A stretch of 64,000 bases of DNA from Octopus vulgaris (lineage: Eukaryota). Location of the stretch: the NCBI GenBank assembly GCA_951406725.2, contig OX597819.1:48794001-48858000 (forward strand), given 5' to 3'. Positions 27,115-40,797 of this stretch are shown here, piece by piece. Numbering within the stretch: the first letter of the stretch is position 1; each line of letters opens with the position of its first letter. The notes below the pieces were generated by a model. That model had not been told where the DNA came from. It did not search any database and saw only the letters and a list, made by a program, of their open reading frames with translations. The translations under genes were made by a program, and so were the position numbers.

Positions 27115-28324
27115 TAGACTGCTACTATGGTTTCCACATCTCTTCAATCTCTATTTTCATCTCTCACTGCTGGCTGTGGCCTCTGACTAGCTCTTTGTTT
27201 GGTTCGCTGTCAACCTTCAGATGCTGTGGATGAGGAAATTTCGTTCACTCTGGCTATCCTCAGAGTTGTAACAGATGTTGCCTTGGAAACGAAGACAACC
27301 ATGATTCTCATTCTCTGGAAACTGCTCTTGTTGCTGCTGCTTCCTTTGCTGTTGTCTTCTCTTTTACCTCCTTTGTTTCCTCTCCTTCACCAGGCAGAAG
27401 GCCCTCAAGTGGCTCTCAGTCTCATGTACATAGTGACTGGACGTTCTGTTCTATATCACCTGTCTGATTAACTTTCTTGTCATGTCTACCAAGTACAGCT
27501 CCAAAATAGCCTTGTGATTTTTGGCAATCAAACCACATGTTGTCACATGACACACCTATACTCACCTGCTACCTGCACTGTGTTACAAAGATGAAGGTTT
27601 AACATCTATAAAAATGTCTCTGGTCATCACTTTTGTACTTCATCTCCAATTACAATAGCCCTAGCCTGTGAGTAGGTGAGTGGTGCACCAGATTTGCTTG
27701 CATCTTCAACCTGTTCTTGGGCTTAAAGATCAGGCACTTATTTCCTTAACATGCTTCTTTAGTTGAAGGAGCACACACCAGCCAGTCTTCTCTAACACTT
27801 CTTTGAAGAAACATAAATGTTACTTTGGTTTTCTGAAAAACACAAATATCTCTGCAGACTTCTTCCAAGTATGTTGCACTCACCCATGTTTTGTGGCCCA
27901 AGTCTATGGGTAAATCTATGATGCACCAATTTGGCCATGCACTTCACTGTGTACCATATTGTTTTACATTTCTTAATGTCATTCTTAACTTTTCAGCATA
28001 TTTCTCATTTCTTCAAATAAGGACCCAGCCCTAAACATACTTACTCACTTCAAGACCTACAAACCTTATTCCATGAATAATATTGGCTTCACATTTTGAC
28101 ACAAGGCCAGAAATTTTGGGGGAGAGGGTAAGTTGATTAAATCGACCCCAGTGCATAACTGCTACTTATTTTATTGAACTCAAAAGGATGAAAGGCAAAA
28201 TCAACCTTTGCAGAAGTTGAGCTCAGAACATAAAAACAAACAAAATGTTGCTAAGCATTTTGCCTGGTGTGCTAATGATTCTGCCAGCTCAACACCTTTA
28301 TTTCATGAATAATATTAAGTTCTT

Positions 28325-28725
28325 TTTATTCTTTTACTTGTTTCAGTCATTTGACTACAGCCATGCTGGAGCACTGCCTTTAGTTGAACAAATTGACCCC
28401 AGGACTTATTCTTTGTAAGCCTAGTACTTATTCTATCTGTGTCTTTTGCTGAACTGCTAAGTTACAGAGATGTAAACGCACCAGCATCAGTTGTCAAGCG
28501 ATGGTGGGGGGCACAAACACAGACACACACACACAAATATATACATACATATATATATATATATAGATATGTATATACGACGGGCTTCTTTCAGTTTCCG
28601 TCTACCAAATCCACTCACAAGGCTTTGGTTGGCCCAAGGCTATAGCAGAAGACACTTGCCCAAGATGCCACACAGTGGGACTGAACCCAGATCCATGTGG
28701 TTGATAAGCTGCCACTCCTGTGCCT
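28325..28725 (-). mobile_element. SINE family A
   Basis: Reverse complement of the 7175-7590 family. Confidence 0.85.
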
Positions 28726-31164
28726 ATATATATATATATTTTTTTTTTGGCAATGTAACCATTTTTAGTTTCTTCAGATTCTGGATTTTGTTTCAATTTT
28801 TTATGCTCATCTTTTTTCATGTCTAGCCTACTTCAATGTTATTTTCTTGTACGACTGTCAAGGCTTCAGATTTATAACAGAGGAAGAATGATGTTCTGTA
28901 ACATGTAACAGTACACTATGTGGAACTTTGGGAAAGTGTGTTTGACTATATTCTCAGGTTGACCAATTTCTTGGTAGTGGAATTTGACAGACTGACTGAA
29001 ATATGTACAGGAGTGGTCATAATTGACTAAACCCTTGAAGGTCATGTTCTAGGATTGTGATAGCCTAATGATTGAAACTAGAAAGTGAATAAAAGGATAA
29101 AAGAATTAAAAAAAATATTCATACCATTTCAGGAGAATAAAATGGCTTCATCTTTGAAGCAAAACTAGATGCTAGATTTGTCTCATATAGAACTTATGTC
29201 TACTCTATGACAAACACATCAATTTTACATCTACCACATTACAAAGTTTATGATCTTTTTCTGTTATAGGCACAAGGCCTGAAATATTGGGGTAGGAGGA
29301 TAGTCAATTACATTGAAACCAGTGCTCAACTGGTGCTTGTTTTATTGACCACAAAAAGATGAAAGTCAAAGTCAACCTCAGTGGAATTTGAACTCAGAAT
29401 GTAAAGAGCTACAAGAAATGCCATTAAGAATTTTGTCCAGTGCTCTAACAGTTCTGCCAGATCACTGCCTTTCCAAAGAAACCATACTGGTTTCAAATTA
29501 TGGCACAATGCCAGCAATTTCAAGGAGTGGGGAAGGAGCAAGTCAATTACATCAGCCTCAATATTCTGCTGGTATTTATTTTATGATCCCAAAAGGATGA
29601 AAGGCAAAGTCAACCCTGGCAGCATTTGAACTCAGAGCATAAGGACAGATGAAATACCATTAAGCATTTTGCTTGGTGTACAAATGATTCTACTAGCTTG
29701 CTGCCTTATTTTCAAAGATTATATTAAGCATATTTAATAGTGATAATAATAGTATAAATTTGGATTTATTTTCGTCATTCAACTTCCAAAATCAATGAGT
29801 CTGTAGCTGCTAGATTGAGATAGGAAATAAGTCATATTTGGATGAGGTGGAAGAAAGACTGGATATGAAGATTTGGTATCATCAATATTTGATTACATCA
29901 AACTATGATAACATTATGATTTGATAACAATAGTATATGATTGTGTTTATACAAAAGTGAGTGGGTAACTATTATACAAAATCACGTGTCTTTTGTTCCT
30001 TCAGCTGTTTGGTTATTTTGGAACACTGGAGCACTGCCATCTTTTGATTATGAGTTGTTTGTTATTGCTAAATGGGATCATGTTAACAGTTTTAGTTTCT
30101 ACATCAAGATCATATACAAAAAGTTATTGGAAAAAAGAAAAAAAAAATGAGTTAATGGATGTGTTGCTCTGCATTTTTGTGGTCATTTATTACTGTGTCT
30201 AGTCGATGACTCTTTGGAGGTTGCTGTGGTTAATTCTTGTTTAGTAAAATAAAAATTCTAAGTCATTAATTTAATTTTTTTTTTATGCTACAGAGAAAAA
30301 AAATATACAGAAATTCACTATAAACACCACCACCACCACTACCATAATCATCATCATGATCATTATAATCATCATTAGCACCACCACCAACATAATCATC
30401 ATCACTACTCCCACTGCCGCCACCACCGTATATTTGTATTTTTGTTTACCTTTCACTTGTTTCAGTTATTCAACTGCAGCCAAGTTGGGGCACAAACCTT
30501 CAAGGGTTTAGTTAAACAAATTGACCCCAGTACTTACTTTTTAAGTCTAATACTAATTTTATTCACTCATAAAGCATTGCTCAGCTTAGAGTTATAGTGG
30601 AAGAACTTGCCTAAAGTGCCACGCAGTGGGACTGAACATGAAGCCATGTGATCGCATGGCAAGCCTCTTAATCATACAGACATGCGTGCATGTATAATGC
30701 TTGACTATGTTTTTCTTTTTTTATGTCTTTTGTGCTTGTTTGTTGTCTCTTGTTATTTTCTCCTCATTAACTGCTCCATAAACATAGTTGTTTATTTATA
30801 TGAAACAAAAGAAAAGGAAAACTTTCTCATTTCCATATTCACAGGCCATTGTTGAATGCAGAGTTATTTCTTTCTTGGGAATGAAAACCCAGCTGTTAGA
30901 TGACCACTCCTTAATAATAGGAATGTTACAAAGTAATTTGCATGAAAATCATTGTTTCTTTTTCATTACCTGTCCCAACATCATCATCGTCAACATTTAA
31001 TGTCCATTTCTCATGCTGGCATGGGTTGGATGGCTTGACAGGAACTGGCAAGGCCAGGGGCCACACCATGATCCATAGTCTGTGTCGGCTTTGTTTCTAT
31101 AGTTGGGTGCCCTTCCTAACACCAACCACTTTACCGGGTATAATAAATAAAATAAATGCACCCT

Positions 31165-31404
31165 TTTAAAACCTAGCCAGGCTCATGGGCCCGGTTTTCC
31201 GGTTTCTATGGCGTATGTGTTCCCCAGCTGGATGGGACGCCAGTCCATCGCAGCATTACTCATTTTTGCCAGATGAGTGGACTGGAGCAACGTGAAATGA
31301 AGTGTTTTGCTCAAGAACACAATGCATCACCCGGTCCAGGAATCAAAACCTCAATCTTACGATCATGGTGCTGACACCCTAACCGCTAAGCCACATGCCT
31401 CCAC
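31165..31404 (-). mobile_element. tRNA-derived SINE, family C
   Basis: Minus head gtggaggcatgtggcttagcggttagg, B-box-like ggttttgattcc, body gtgttcttgagcaaaacactt...gttgctccagtccactca. A related copy lies at 59935-60255 (+). Confidence 0.75.
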
Positions 31405-32448
31405 ACTTTACAGGGTATACTTAGTGTTTTTTACGTGGCACCATCACCATCATCATATTAACTGAAACTAGTTTTTAAGTGTCTATTGAAAGCTGTTTAT
31501 TCTGCCATCAATAATTTTTCTAACTAAATCAAGTTGTCATTTAATAAAATTTGCCAAATAAGACAAGTTGTTGTTGTTGTTGTTGTTGTTGTTTTCGTTT
31601 AGCTCTTTGTTAGCCTTGAACAAACTGACTTATGATCAACAGCAGGTGTTAAAGGATAATGATGTTGATATATCCAGCATTGTTATCCAGCATGTCTTGC
31701 TCTGTTTAAGATGACGGATCTGGTTGGAAGAAAATTTGGCTGCTATTTCTAGCAGGTTGAATAACTACTTTGAAGGTTCCCTGTTTTGAGCTATAAAGTA
31801 AAATTTCGTGTAATGCATAGAGGAGAGTTGATATTTAAAGCACAGGTCTAATCAAAAGGATTGTACTTTAATAAGTATTATGTCTAGCCAGAAATCTTAG
31901 AATGTAGCCTGTTTAATTATTCTGACAGTAAAATGAAAGAGCAAAGCCATAATGAATTTATCTTATGTAACAAATTTTATCAACTATTTTTGGCAATACA
32001 TACCATTCACTAGATTCTTTGGGTTTCCTCTTAAATCTTTTAAAAAGTTTTTTTTTTTTTTTAATTTTAGGAAATTGTTATTTATCAGTGAATCAATGTT
32101 AATAATAATTAATTCATTGTTTGATGTATCGTCATCATCATCATCATTATCATTATCATCATCATCATCATCATCATTGCCACCATCATATTAACATCCA
32201 GTTAGTTTACCAAGTTTGCATGGCTTGTACAGAGTTTATTGAGGCTGATTTTCTTTGACTGGATGCTTTTCTTGTCACCAACACTCACCTGTTTGCAAGA
32301 AAGGTAATATTTTCCCCATGACCAGACATGTTTACACAGAATTCTGAAAATGAATGACCCTGCTTATAAGACAATGACATTCATTCACAAATATCACATG
32401 ATTTCAAAACAGGGAGACACAAACATATAAATTCACATACATACATAC

Positions 32449-32479
<31 letters not shown>

Positions 32480-32561
32480 CATACATACATACATACATAC
32501 ATACATACATGTATATATATATGTATGTATATATATATATGTATGTATATATATATGTATG

Positions 32562-32596
<35 letters not shown>

Positions 32597-34361
32597 GCAA
32601 AACTAATTGGTAAGATTGGGTGTAATAGATATATAATACTGTACACTTTGATTAATATGCTTACATACATACACACTATTTATGTGTGTGTGCATGCATG
32701 CATGTGTGTGTGTGTATACACATGTGTGAATGGGCTTTTTCAATTTCCCTCTATCAAATCCATTGACAAAAGCTTTTGTCAGCTGAGGTATGTAGTACAA
32801 AATACTTGCTCAAGGTGCCACATTACGAGACGGAACCTGAAACCATTTGGTTGTGAAGCAAACTTCTTAATTCCACAGCCACACTTGGGCCCATGTACAG
32901 TTCCCCAAAATATTTTTTCTACTTCTGTTATACTATTGTATCTCTGAAGTGTTTGTTTCCATTTGGTGATTCAATATAAAAATACAGAGATGTGGTTTCT
33001 CATTTCATTCTTCAAGTCCATAAGGGCACTTGAATGTATCTGTATGAACTAATGAAACACTCATCAATCACATAACTCTGCCACTGCTTATAATGGTGAA
33101 TTATGCTGCTCTGTGATGTTGACTTAGAACTAGTTTGGATTCCATCATTAGTAGTCATATGTTTTAGTCTTAGACATTGCGGTGATGGTAATAGGATATG
33201 AGGTGCTGACATCTTGGCTGTTTGTCTAATATCTTCTTTATTCAACCATCTGTGTTTTATATTGCATTTCTAACTATATTTGTAGAATGTCTTGACTCAG
33301 AAATTATCTTACGTAAGAGAACATGTATGGAATTTAGCTACATGGCAATCAATCATTGTATTCAAGATGTAGTAGTAAAATATGCTAACATTGCAGTTAT
33401 AAGCTTCTAAAATAGTCTGAGAAATAAATGGAATAAGGAATAATGGAGCTGCTATTAGTTTATTCTAAGATAGCACTTAGAGGAGGTTATCAAAAGCTTT
33501 GAGAATAACAGAAATGTTCTTAGTAGTGAACCATATAATATAAAGCTTCATGTCCATATGATTTTTTGCTAATCTTGTCTTTTATTTTTGTTTATTAATG
33601 TAACTCTTTTGATGCCAATCTATCAAAGACCGTTCCTGGTTCTCTGAAACAAAATTAGTCTCTTTAAGTAGGTTATATTTAGATTATTATGATTTTATAT
33701 ATGAATCTTTTGTTATGCTCCAAACAAAATCTTAATTAAAAATAGTTAAAAAGTGGATTATTTTATAAATTTCTCGAAATTCTCGATTATTTTCAAAGCT
33801 AATTGAAATATGATATAAAAAGGGTTCATATAATAGCAATAGCGAGTTGCTAATTTGTAAATGAATAAGACTATCGTTAGAAACTAGTTGTCAAAAGCTT
33901 GCCATCTTCTTCAGAATGTTTTGTAATGATTAGCTAACTGTCTTCAAAATATTTTTCATGATTGTGGTCAACTTTTGTGTATTTCTGAAACAAATTCTCC
34001 TTGAATAATGTTTAGTATTTAAGAACTGAAAGAACAACAGTTGACAAGGTGAACAATGTCATCTTTCTTAAAAAGGTGAGAGATTAAAATCTCTTCAATA
34101 TGAAGAAGGTTTATCATTCTATAGAATTGTGGTATGATTATCTCTGTTTCATATCTGGAGTCCTTATAATCACTCCAAGTTGTTGCAATAAATAAATGGA
34201 TAGTTTCATTATTTGTTTTGATATAATGTCCATGATTTCCTTTCATGTAACAGAGTTGAAAGCATTGGCTATCAGTTTGGATATTCAAATTTTATTAATT
34301 CACACATTTTACTGTGATCCTGGATAAGATACATCGCATTGCTTGCCTGAATATGTTTGAT

Positions 34362-34581
34362 TACTCTTTTACTCTTTTACTTGTTTCAGTCATTTGTCTG
34401 CGAACATGCTGGAGCACCGCCTTTAGTCAAGCAAATCAACCCCAGGACTTATTCTTTGTAAGCCTAGTACTTATTCTATCGGTCTCTTTTGCCAAACCAC
34501 TAAGTTACGGGGACGTAAACACACCAGCATCAGTTGTCAAGCGATGTTGTGGGGGGGACAAACACAGACACACAAACACAT

Positions 34582-34625
<44 letters not shown>

Positions 34626-34942
34626 AACCTTTACATAAATAAATAACATGAAATACACGAAGGGACGAACAAAAAGACAAACGGGTCATTCAGCCTTCAT
34701 TCTTCAGTCAGATATATCCCTCATCACAGATTTCGGCTGTTTAATATATATATATATATATATAACGGTTATATATATATATATACGATGGGCTTCTTTC
34801 AGTTTCCGTCTACCAAATCCACTCACAAGGCTTTGGTCGGTCCGAGGCTATAGAAACTTGACCAAGGTGCCACACAGTGGGACTGAACCCAGAACCATGT
34901 AGTTTGTAAGCAAGCTACTTACCACACAACCACTCCTGCGCC
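34362..34942 (-). mobile_element. SINE family A with a Penelope-like fragment in its TA tract
   Basis: SINE halves flank 34620-34745, a non-SINE fragment whose minus strand reads attaaacagcCGAAAtctgtgatgagg, a possible truncated hammerhead 3' half. Confidence 0.75.
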
Positions 34943-35364
34943 TATGACAAATTTTCTTTTAAAATAGAAATCATTCTCAACAAATTGGCAAGTAACCAAA
35001 ACAGGCCCCAAATAACCACTTAATAGGTTAGAAAAAAATCATGCTTCCAGTCTTATGTCATAGCTGAGTGATAGGAAGGATAACCAGTTATTGAAACACT
35101 TTTTCCAACAAAACCCAACTCAATCATATCAGGAAGGAATCACATATAGTTAATTTGAAAATACAGTGGTCAGTACCTCTTCTCCAGTGTTGAGCTATAT
35201 CTATGGTAAGCAGTGGGAATTCTGTAAAATTAACGAGTGTTTTATAGATTTGCAGTGCAGTGTTCAATTTCCTTTGTGATGAGAAATTACCAATGGTAGA
35301 CTGGTATCTTATCCATAACTCCAAGACAATATATATACAGACACACACACACATATATATATAT

Positions 35365-35520
35365 AGTTGAAATTCATAGAAAAACAAAAGACAAAGCCAG
35401 GTGTATAAACAACAAACAGGTGTATTAGTTTGAAGCTTGGGAAAATGGAAAAGTCTTTCAAGCCTATGCTCTTCAACAGAAAGGAAAGAGAGAAAATAAA
35501 CAGAGAGAGAATGAGAAAAA
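35365..35520 (-). mobile_element. Penelope-like terminal fragment with a decayed hammerhead
   Basis: Minus strand reads ctttctgtTGAAGAgcataggcttGAAAgacttt; the cleavage triplet region appears deleted. Embedded in TA/CA repeats. Confidence 0.5.
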
Positions 35521-35526
35521 CATAAT

Positions 35527-35562
<36 letters not shown>

Positions 35563-35578
35563 TCATATATGTACAATG

Positions 35579-35613
<35 letters not shown>

Positions 35614-36002
35614 ATGCGTATGTATGCGAACCAGACTTCTTTCAGTTTTTGTCTACCAAATCCACTGATAAGGTTTTGGTCAGCCAACAGCAATAGCAGA
35701 AAACATTTGCTCAAGGTACAAAGCAGTGAAACTGAATCCAGGACTTTGTGGTTGGGAAGCAATCTTTTTATTACATAGCCACACTTGCACCTACATTGTG
35801 TTTTTGAGTGCAATATGTCAATAAGAGATTTTATCTCTGATGAAGGAAGACAACAGTAACTTACCCTGTCAATAGCGTATATTCATTATGTATGATACAT
35901 AGATGGCTATTTTTTAATTTAATAGTGCTTTTTTTCAAGATAATAGATTATAAATTTATATAAACAAATCAATAGGAGTTCAAACTAAATATACACTAGG
36001 GG

Positions 36003-36286
36003 GCCGTCAGCCAGCCTCGTCTGGCACCTGTGTCGGTGGCACATAAAAAACACCATCCGAGCGTGGCCGTCTGCCAGCCTCGTCTGGCACCTGTGTCGGT
36101 GGCACATAAAATCACCCACTACACTCTCGGAGTGGTTGGCGTTAGGAAGGGCATCCAGCTGTAGAAACACTGCCATATCTGACTGGCCTGGTGCAGCCTT
36201 CGGGCTTGCCAGACCCCAGTTGAACCGTCCAACCCATGCTAGCATGGAAAGCGGACGTTAAACGATGATGATGATGATGATGATGA
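36003..36286 (+). mobile_element. Young 5'-truncated RTE 3' end
   Basis: Near-identical to the reverse complement of ~39983-40265; ends in (GAT)n. Confidence 0.88.
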
Positions 36287-36324
36287 GAATATTGTGGTTC
36301 GCTTGAAGCATTGTGTATTGTTTG

Positions 36325-36922
36325 TAAAGAATAAAATGTTTTGAATGACACAACAATATACTATAATACAAACGGTGGACTATAATAACTGTTGTAATTT
36401 AATCATCCATAGTCTGATATAATATTTCGGAATATAGAAATTCCTTCAGATATCCCTAAGAATTGATGGAGTCACTGCTATAATCGGTTTTCCAACGGCT
36501 ATTTTTTTTTTTCCAGAAGTGTCTCAGCAGGGAGCTCACAAAGCTCCTCCCAGAATTCCTCATGAGAAGTGCATGAGGTTGGCCATGTCTCAAGCTCATG
36601 TGTGCTAGCACATCTGTAGCACTGCTTCTAAGTTATGTATTATATGTGCAGCTTCCGTTTTTTTTCCTCCTCCTTTATTTTTTTCCAGAAGGAGCTTCGT
36701 GAGACCACTGCTGAGATGCTTCCGGGAAAAAAAAAACAACAGAAAAGCCATTGGAAAACCTATTATAGCAGCGACACCATCAATTCCTAAGGATATCTGA
36801 AGAAGGAATTTTTATTCCGAAATATCATATCAGACTATGGATGAATGATTTACAACAGTTATTATAGTCCATTGTTGTTAATACAGTGCATTGTTGTGCC
36901 ATTCAAAACATTTTATTCTTTA
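36325..36922. mobile_element. Inverted repeat with ~225-bp arms, Penelope-type inverted pLTRs
   Basis: 36325-36548 is the reverse complement of 36690-36922 with scattered differences; both arms contain a hammerhead-like motif. Confidence 0.75.
36792..36831 (+). ncRNA. Minimal type I hammerhead motif (Penelope-type)
   Basis: gauau-CUGAAGA-a-ggaau uuuu auucc-GAAA-ua-UC^auauc. Confidence 0.6.
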
Positions 36923-37034
36923 AATATACACTGCATTGTTCTAACTAATCTGTGAAGACATGCAAATAGCATGAGCACCACTAATTTCAGTTTTTCAATC
37001 AATTCAAAAAAATTTATTTTGTTATGAGAATTGA

Positions 37035-39045
37035 TATTGTGAAGACTGAGAAATTGGTCCAAGAAAGACAGACATCGGTCCTTTCATGAAAGTCTTCCCA
37101 TAGCACTTTGCATGTTAGTGGAACATCACTGAGACAAGTGGAGGCATTTAAGTATCTCAGAGCCATATTCATGAATGATGGGAAGCAGGCAATTGAATTG
37201 GATGCTAGAATTGCAGGTGCTGGTACAGTAATGTACCGGTTCCAGCATTTGATCTTCAGAAGAGAGGTTGGTGAAAAAAGCCAAACTTGCTGTCTTCAAT
37301 TTGATTTCAGTGCCTACTCTCACCTATGGTGACAAAAAGTGGGTAATGACTGATTGTTCACAAATATTGGGTCATCCCATAAATAATGCGGATTTTTCAA
37401 TTGCATGAACTAAAAATCGATGGGGGAGGAGATGAACTACCTACATCAACTTACTATAAAAGCAGGTAGTAATTTTACCTTGTCCTTATTCTTAGTGCAA
37501 GTTTTGAAGAGTGCAGTTCGATTTTGATAGTTATTTTTTCAAAGTTATAATGGAAGTGACAAAGGAACATATTCAGCATATTTTTCTTTATGACTTCAAT
37601 AAAGGCAACAACACAATGGAAAGTGTGAGGAATATTAATGCAGTATATGAGGATCAGACAATAAGTGTAAGACAGTATCAACAGTGACTTCAGAAATTCC
37701 GAGCCAGAAACTACAGCCTAGAAGATGAGCCTCATCCTGGAAGATCTGTAGAGCTTGATGAGGATGTCCTGCAAACCTTGGTATAACAAAATCCTATTGT
37801 AATTGTTGAGGAACTAGCAGAGAAGCTTGGATTTGGTCATTCAACCATTCATCGACATCTGCGTGCCATCAGAAAAGTCAGCAAATTGGGTCAATGGGTT
37901 CCTCACAAAATTTCAGAGTCTAATTGCATACAGAGAGTTAATGTGTGTTCTTCTTTGTTGTCATGTCTCATGAATGAACAATTTTGGGACTGAATAGTGA
38001 CTGGTAATGAGAAATGGGTTCTCTATAAAAATGCCAAGTACCAAAGACAGTGGGTACGGAAAGGAGAAATACCAGCATCCCAGACTAAAGAAGGTCTTCA
38101 CCCACATAAGGTGTTGTTTAGAGGGATCTGAAAGGTTTAGTCCACTTTGAACTTTTAAGTCCAAACCAAACATTTACAAAAAGAGATCTACTGCGAGCAG
38201 CTTGAGCTGCTTAAGTCAACACTAGAAGAAAAACAGCCATCTTTGGTTTCAAGACGAAAGGTGTTCTTCCCATAGGATAAAGCTCTGCCACATACAGCGA
38301 GGATAACATTCCAAAGGCTGGAGCAGTTTGAATGGGAAACCATGCCCCACCCACCATATTCGCCGGACATTGCCTCATCTGATTATCATTTATTCTGCAG
38401 TCTTCAAAATCATTTGGATGGAAAAAATATGAATTCTGTAGACAAGGACAGAACAGTACTGGAAGAGCATTTTTCATCACAGACAAGTGAATTTTGAAAG
38501 AGGGGCCTTGTAAATCTACCAGATAGATGGAAGAGCATTGTAGAAAATGAAGGAGAGTATATTTTAGATTGAAAAAGAACTTAGTTTATATTAATTTTGA
38601 AAAATAAAAGAAGTATTTAAAAAAACTGCATTATTTATGGGATGACCCAATACAAGCAACCACAATGAATTTCTTCTGAAGGAACTTTGGAGTAACATTA
38701 CTCCAGAGTCTCCATAGCCTGGAGATCAGAGAATCTCTCCAGGTCAAGCCTCTACTTCTTTACATTGAAAGGTCACAGTTCTTGTACTATGGTCATGTGA
38801 TTAGAATATTACAGAAAAGAATCACAAGAGGGATTCTTCAAGCCAAGCTAACCTGCAGGAGACCTAAAGGTAGACCAAGAATGAGAAGACTGGATAATAT
38901 TCACAGTTTCAATTGGTCATTCTTGGGAGTCCAGCTGTAAAGTATAATGATGGTTGCTTATAAGAGGACCTTGTAGAGGAGGTGCTTCAGGACTCTACCC
39001 CCAATGACCCTTCCAGGAACTATGGGTAGAGAAGATAGATAGAAG
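37035..39045 (+). mobile_element. Degenerate RTE (Rex3/Expander-like) LINE 3' part, split by a mariner
   Basis: LRQVEAFKYLRAIFMNDGKQAIELDARIAGAGTVM before 37366, and IERSQFLYYGHVIR...RRPKGRPR after 38651; (atag)n tail. Confidence 0.75.
37367..38650 (+). mobile_element. Full-length (1284 bp) inactivated mariner transposon
   Basis: TIRs ttgggtcatcccataaataatgc / gcattatttatgggatgacccaa with TA duplication. Transposase remnant from ATG ~37550 to ~38572 has WVPHKI, IVTGNEKWVLY and PPYSPDIASSDYHLF, with stops and frameshifts. Confidence 0.93.
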
Positions 39046-39344
39046 GAATAGCAGTAAATCACAATGCACAAATAAAGTAAGAAAAGCAAAGATGGAGGCA
39101 TTTAAGGCAGAGGCTAAAATTGGTGGCAGAGAATGAAGGAAGCCTTGTGGTTCTTGAAACAGAAATGATAAAACCTCCAATGACCCTTCCAGAAACTGTG
39201 GGTAGAGAAGATAGATAGAAGGTATAACAGCGAATCACAATGCACAAAGTAGGAAGAGCAAAGATGGAGGCATTTAAGGCAGAGGCTAAAATTGGTGGTA
39301 GAGAATGAAAGAAGCCTTGTGGTTCTTGAAACAGAAATTATAAA
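39001..39344 (+). repeat. ~176-bp tandem duplication (2 copies)
   Basis: ccaatgacccttccag begins at 39001 and again at 39177. Confidence 0.9.
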
Positions 39345-40160
39345 ATAACACCGATGACAATACAAAGTATGTTTCATAATTCAGAAAAAGATGACTGAAA
39401 AAACAGCAATTGATGAAGTAATGATTTATGCTAGCACCAATTCTTCCAGAGTTTTGGTAATAGGAATATAATAACTGAAAAGTAGTAATTATTCTCAGTT
39501 GATATTTGAAGGTGGTATCTACTTCTGAAATAAATAATATTCCGCAATCTAAATACCAGTGAAATATAGGAGGCATTAATCTTTATTAAGTCCTCTTTTT
39601 ACAATGAAGAAATATCGTTAAACATCAGTTTGGTTATTGTAATTTCAATCATTTGCACTAGTGAAACTTCAGACACGCTTTTGTTATTTTGCTATTTTAA
39701 TATATATTATGCTTACCATAAAGTGCAATTATGTCTGCAAGATATTTTCACATGCATGTATATATGTAAGTCTAAAAACCACGTACTCATTGATGCACAC
39801 ACAGACACATGCATATGTATAAATGTACATAAATGCACACAAATGAATACATAAATACAAGCATAGACACACACAAACATATCTGTTTTCTCCATTTCTC
39901 ACTCTATATTTATGTATATGTGTGGTTGTGTGTGTGTGTGCACATGCGCATGTTTGCATACATACATAGACATATACATCTATCATCATCATCATCATCA
40001 TCATCGTTTAACGTCCGCTTTCCATGCTAGCATGGGTTGGACGGTTCAACTGGGGTCTGGGAAGCCCGAAGGCTGCACCAGGCCAGTCAGATGTGGCAGT
40101 GTTTCTACAGCTGGATGCCCTTCCTAACGCCAACCACTCCGAGAGTGTAGTGGGTGATTT

Positions 40161-40538
40161 TATGTGCCACCGACACAGGTGCCAGACGAGGCTGGCAGAC
40201 GGCCACGCTCGGATGGTGTTTTTTATGTGCCACCGACACAGGTGCCAGACGAGGCTGGCAGACGGCCACGCTCGGATGGTGTTTTTTATGTGCCACCGAC
40301 ACAGGTGCCAGACGAGGCTGGCAGACGGCCACGCTCGGATGGTGTTTTTTATGTGCCACCGACACAGGTGCCAGACGAGGCTGGCAGACGGCCACGCTCG
40401 GATGGTGTTTTTTATGTGCCACCGACACAGGTGCCAGACGAGGCTGGCAGACGGCCACGCTCGGATGGTGTTTTCTTATGTGTCACCGACACAGGTGCTA
40501 GACGAGGCTGGCGGACGGCCACGCTCGGATGGTGTTTG
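40161..40538. repeat. 63-bp tandem repeat in the RTE 3' UTR
   Basis: Unit tatgtgccaccgacacaggtgccagacgaggctggcagacggccacgctcggatggtgttttt; five essentially identical copies plus one diverged copy. Confidence 0.95.
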
Positions 40539-40797
40539 TTACGTGCCCTCAGCACGGAGGCCAGTCATTGCGGTACTGGCTACGGTCACGTTCGGATGGT
40601 TTTCTTATGTGCCACCGGCACTGGTACCACAAGGATACAAATTCCATTGATGTTCATCTATTTTGATTTGGTTCGATTTGATTTGATACGATTCGATTCT
40701 CACTTGCCTCAACAGGTCTTCACAAGTGTCACAAGAAGGAAGGTATGCACAGGTGGACTGACTACGTCCCAGGTAGGGGCCACGGATTATGGCTTCA

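Noticed and set aside
34019-34288. 89-aa non-repetitive ORF as a possible host exon (also 764-1087, 50700-51120 and 62161-62404)
   Set aside because: No recognisable domain, convincing splice context or codon signal; needs BLASTX or RNA-seq.
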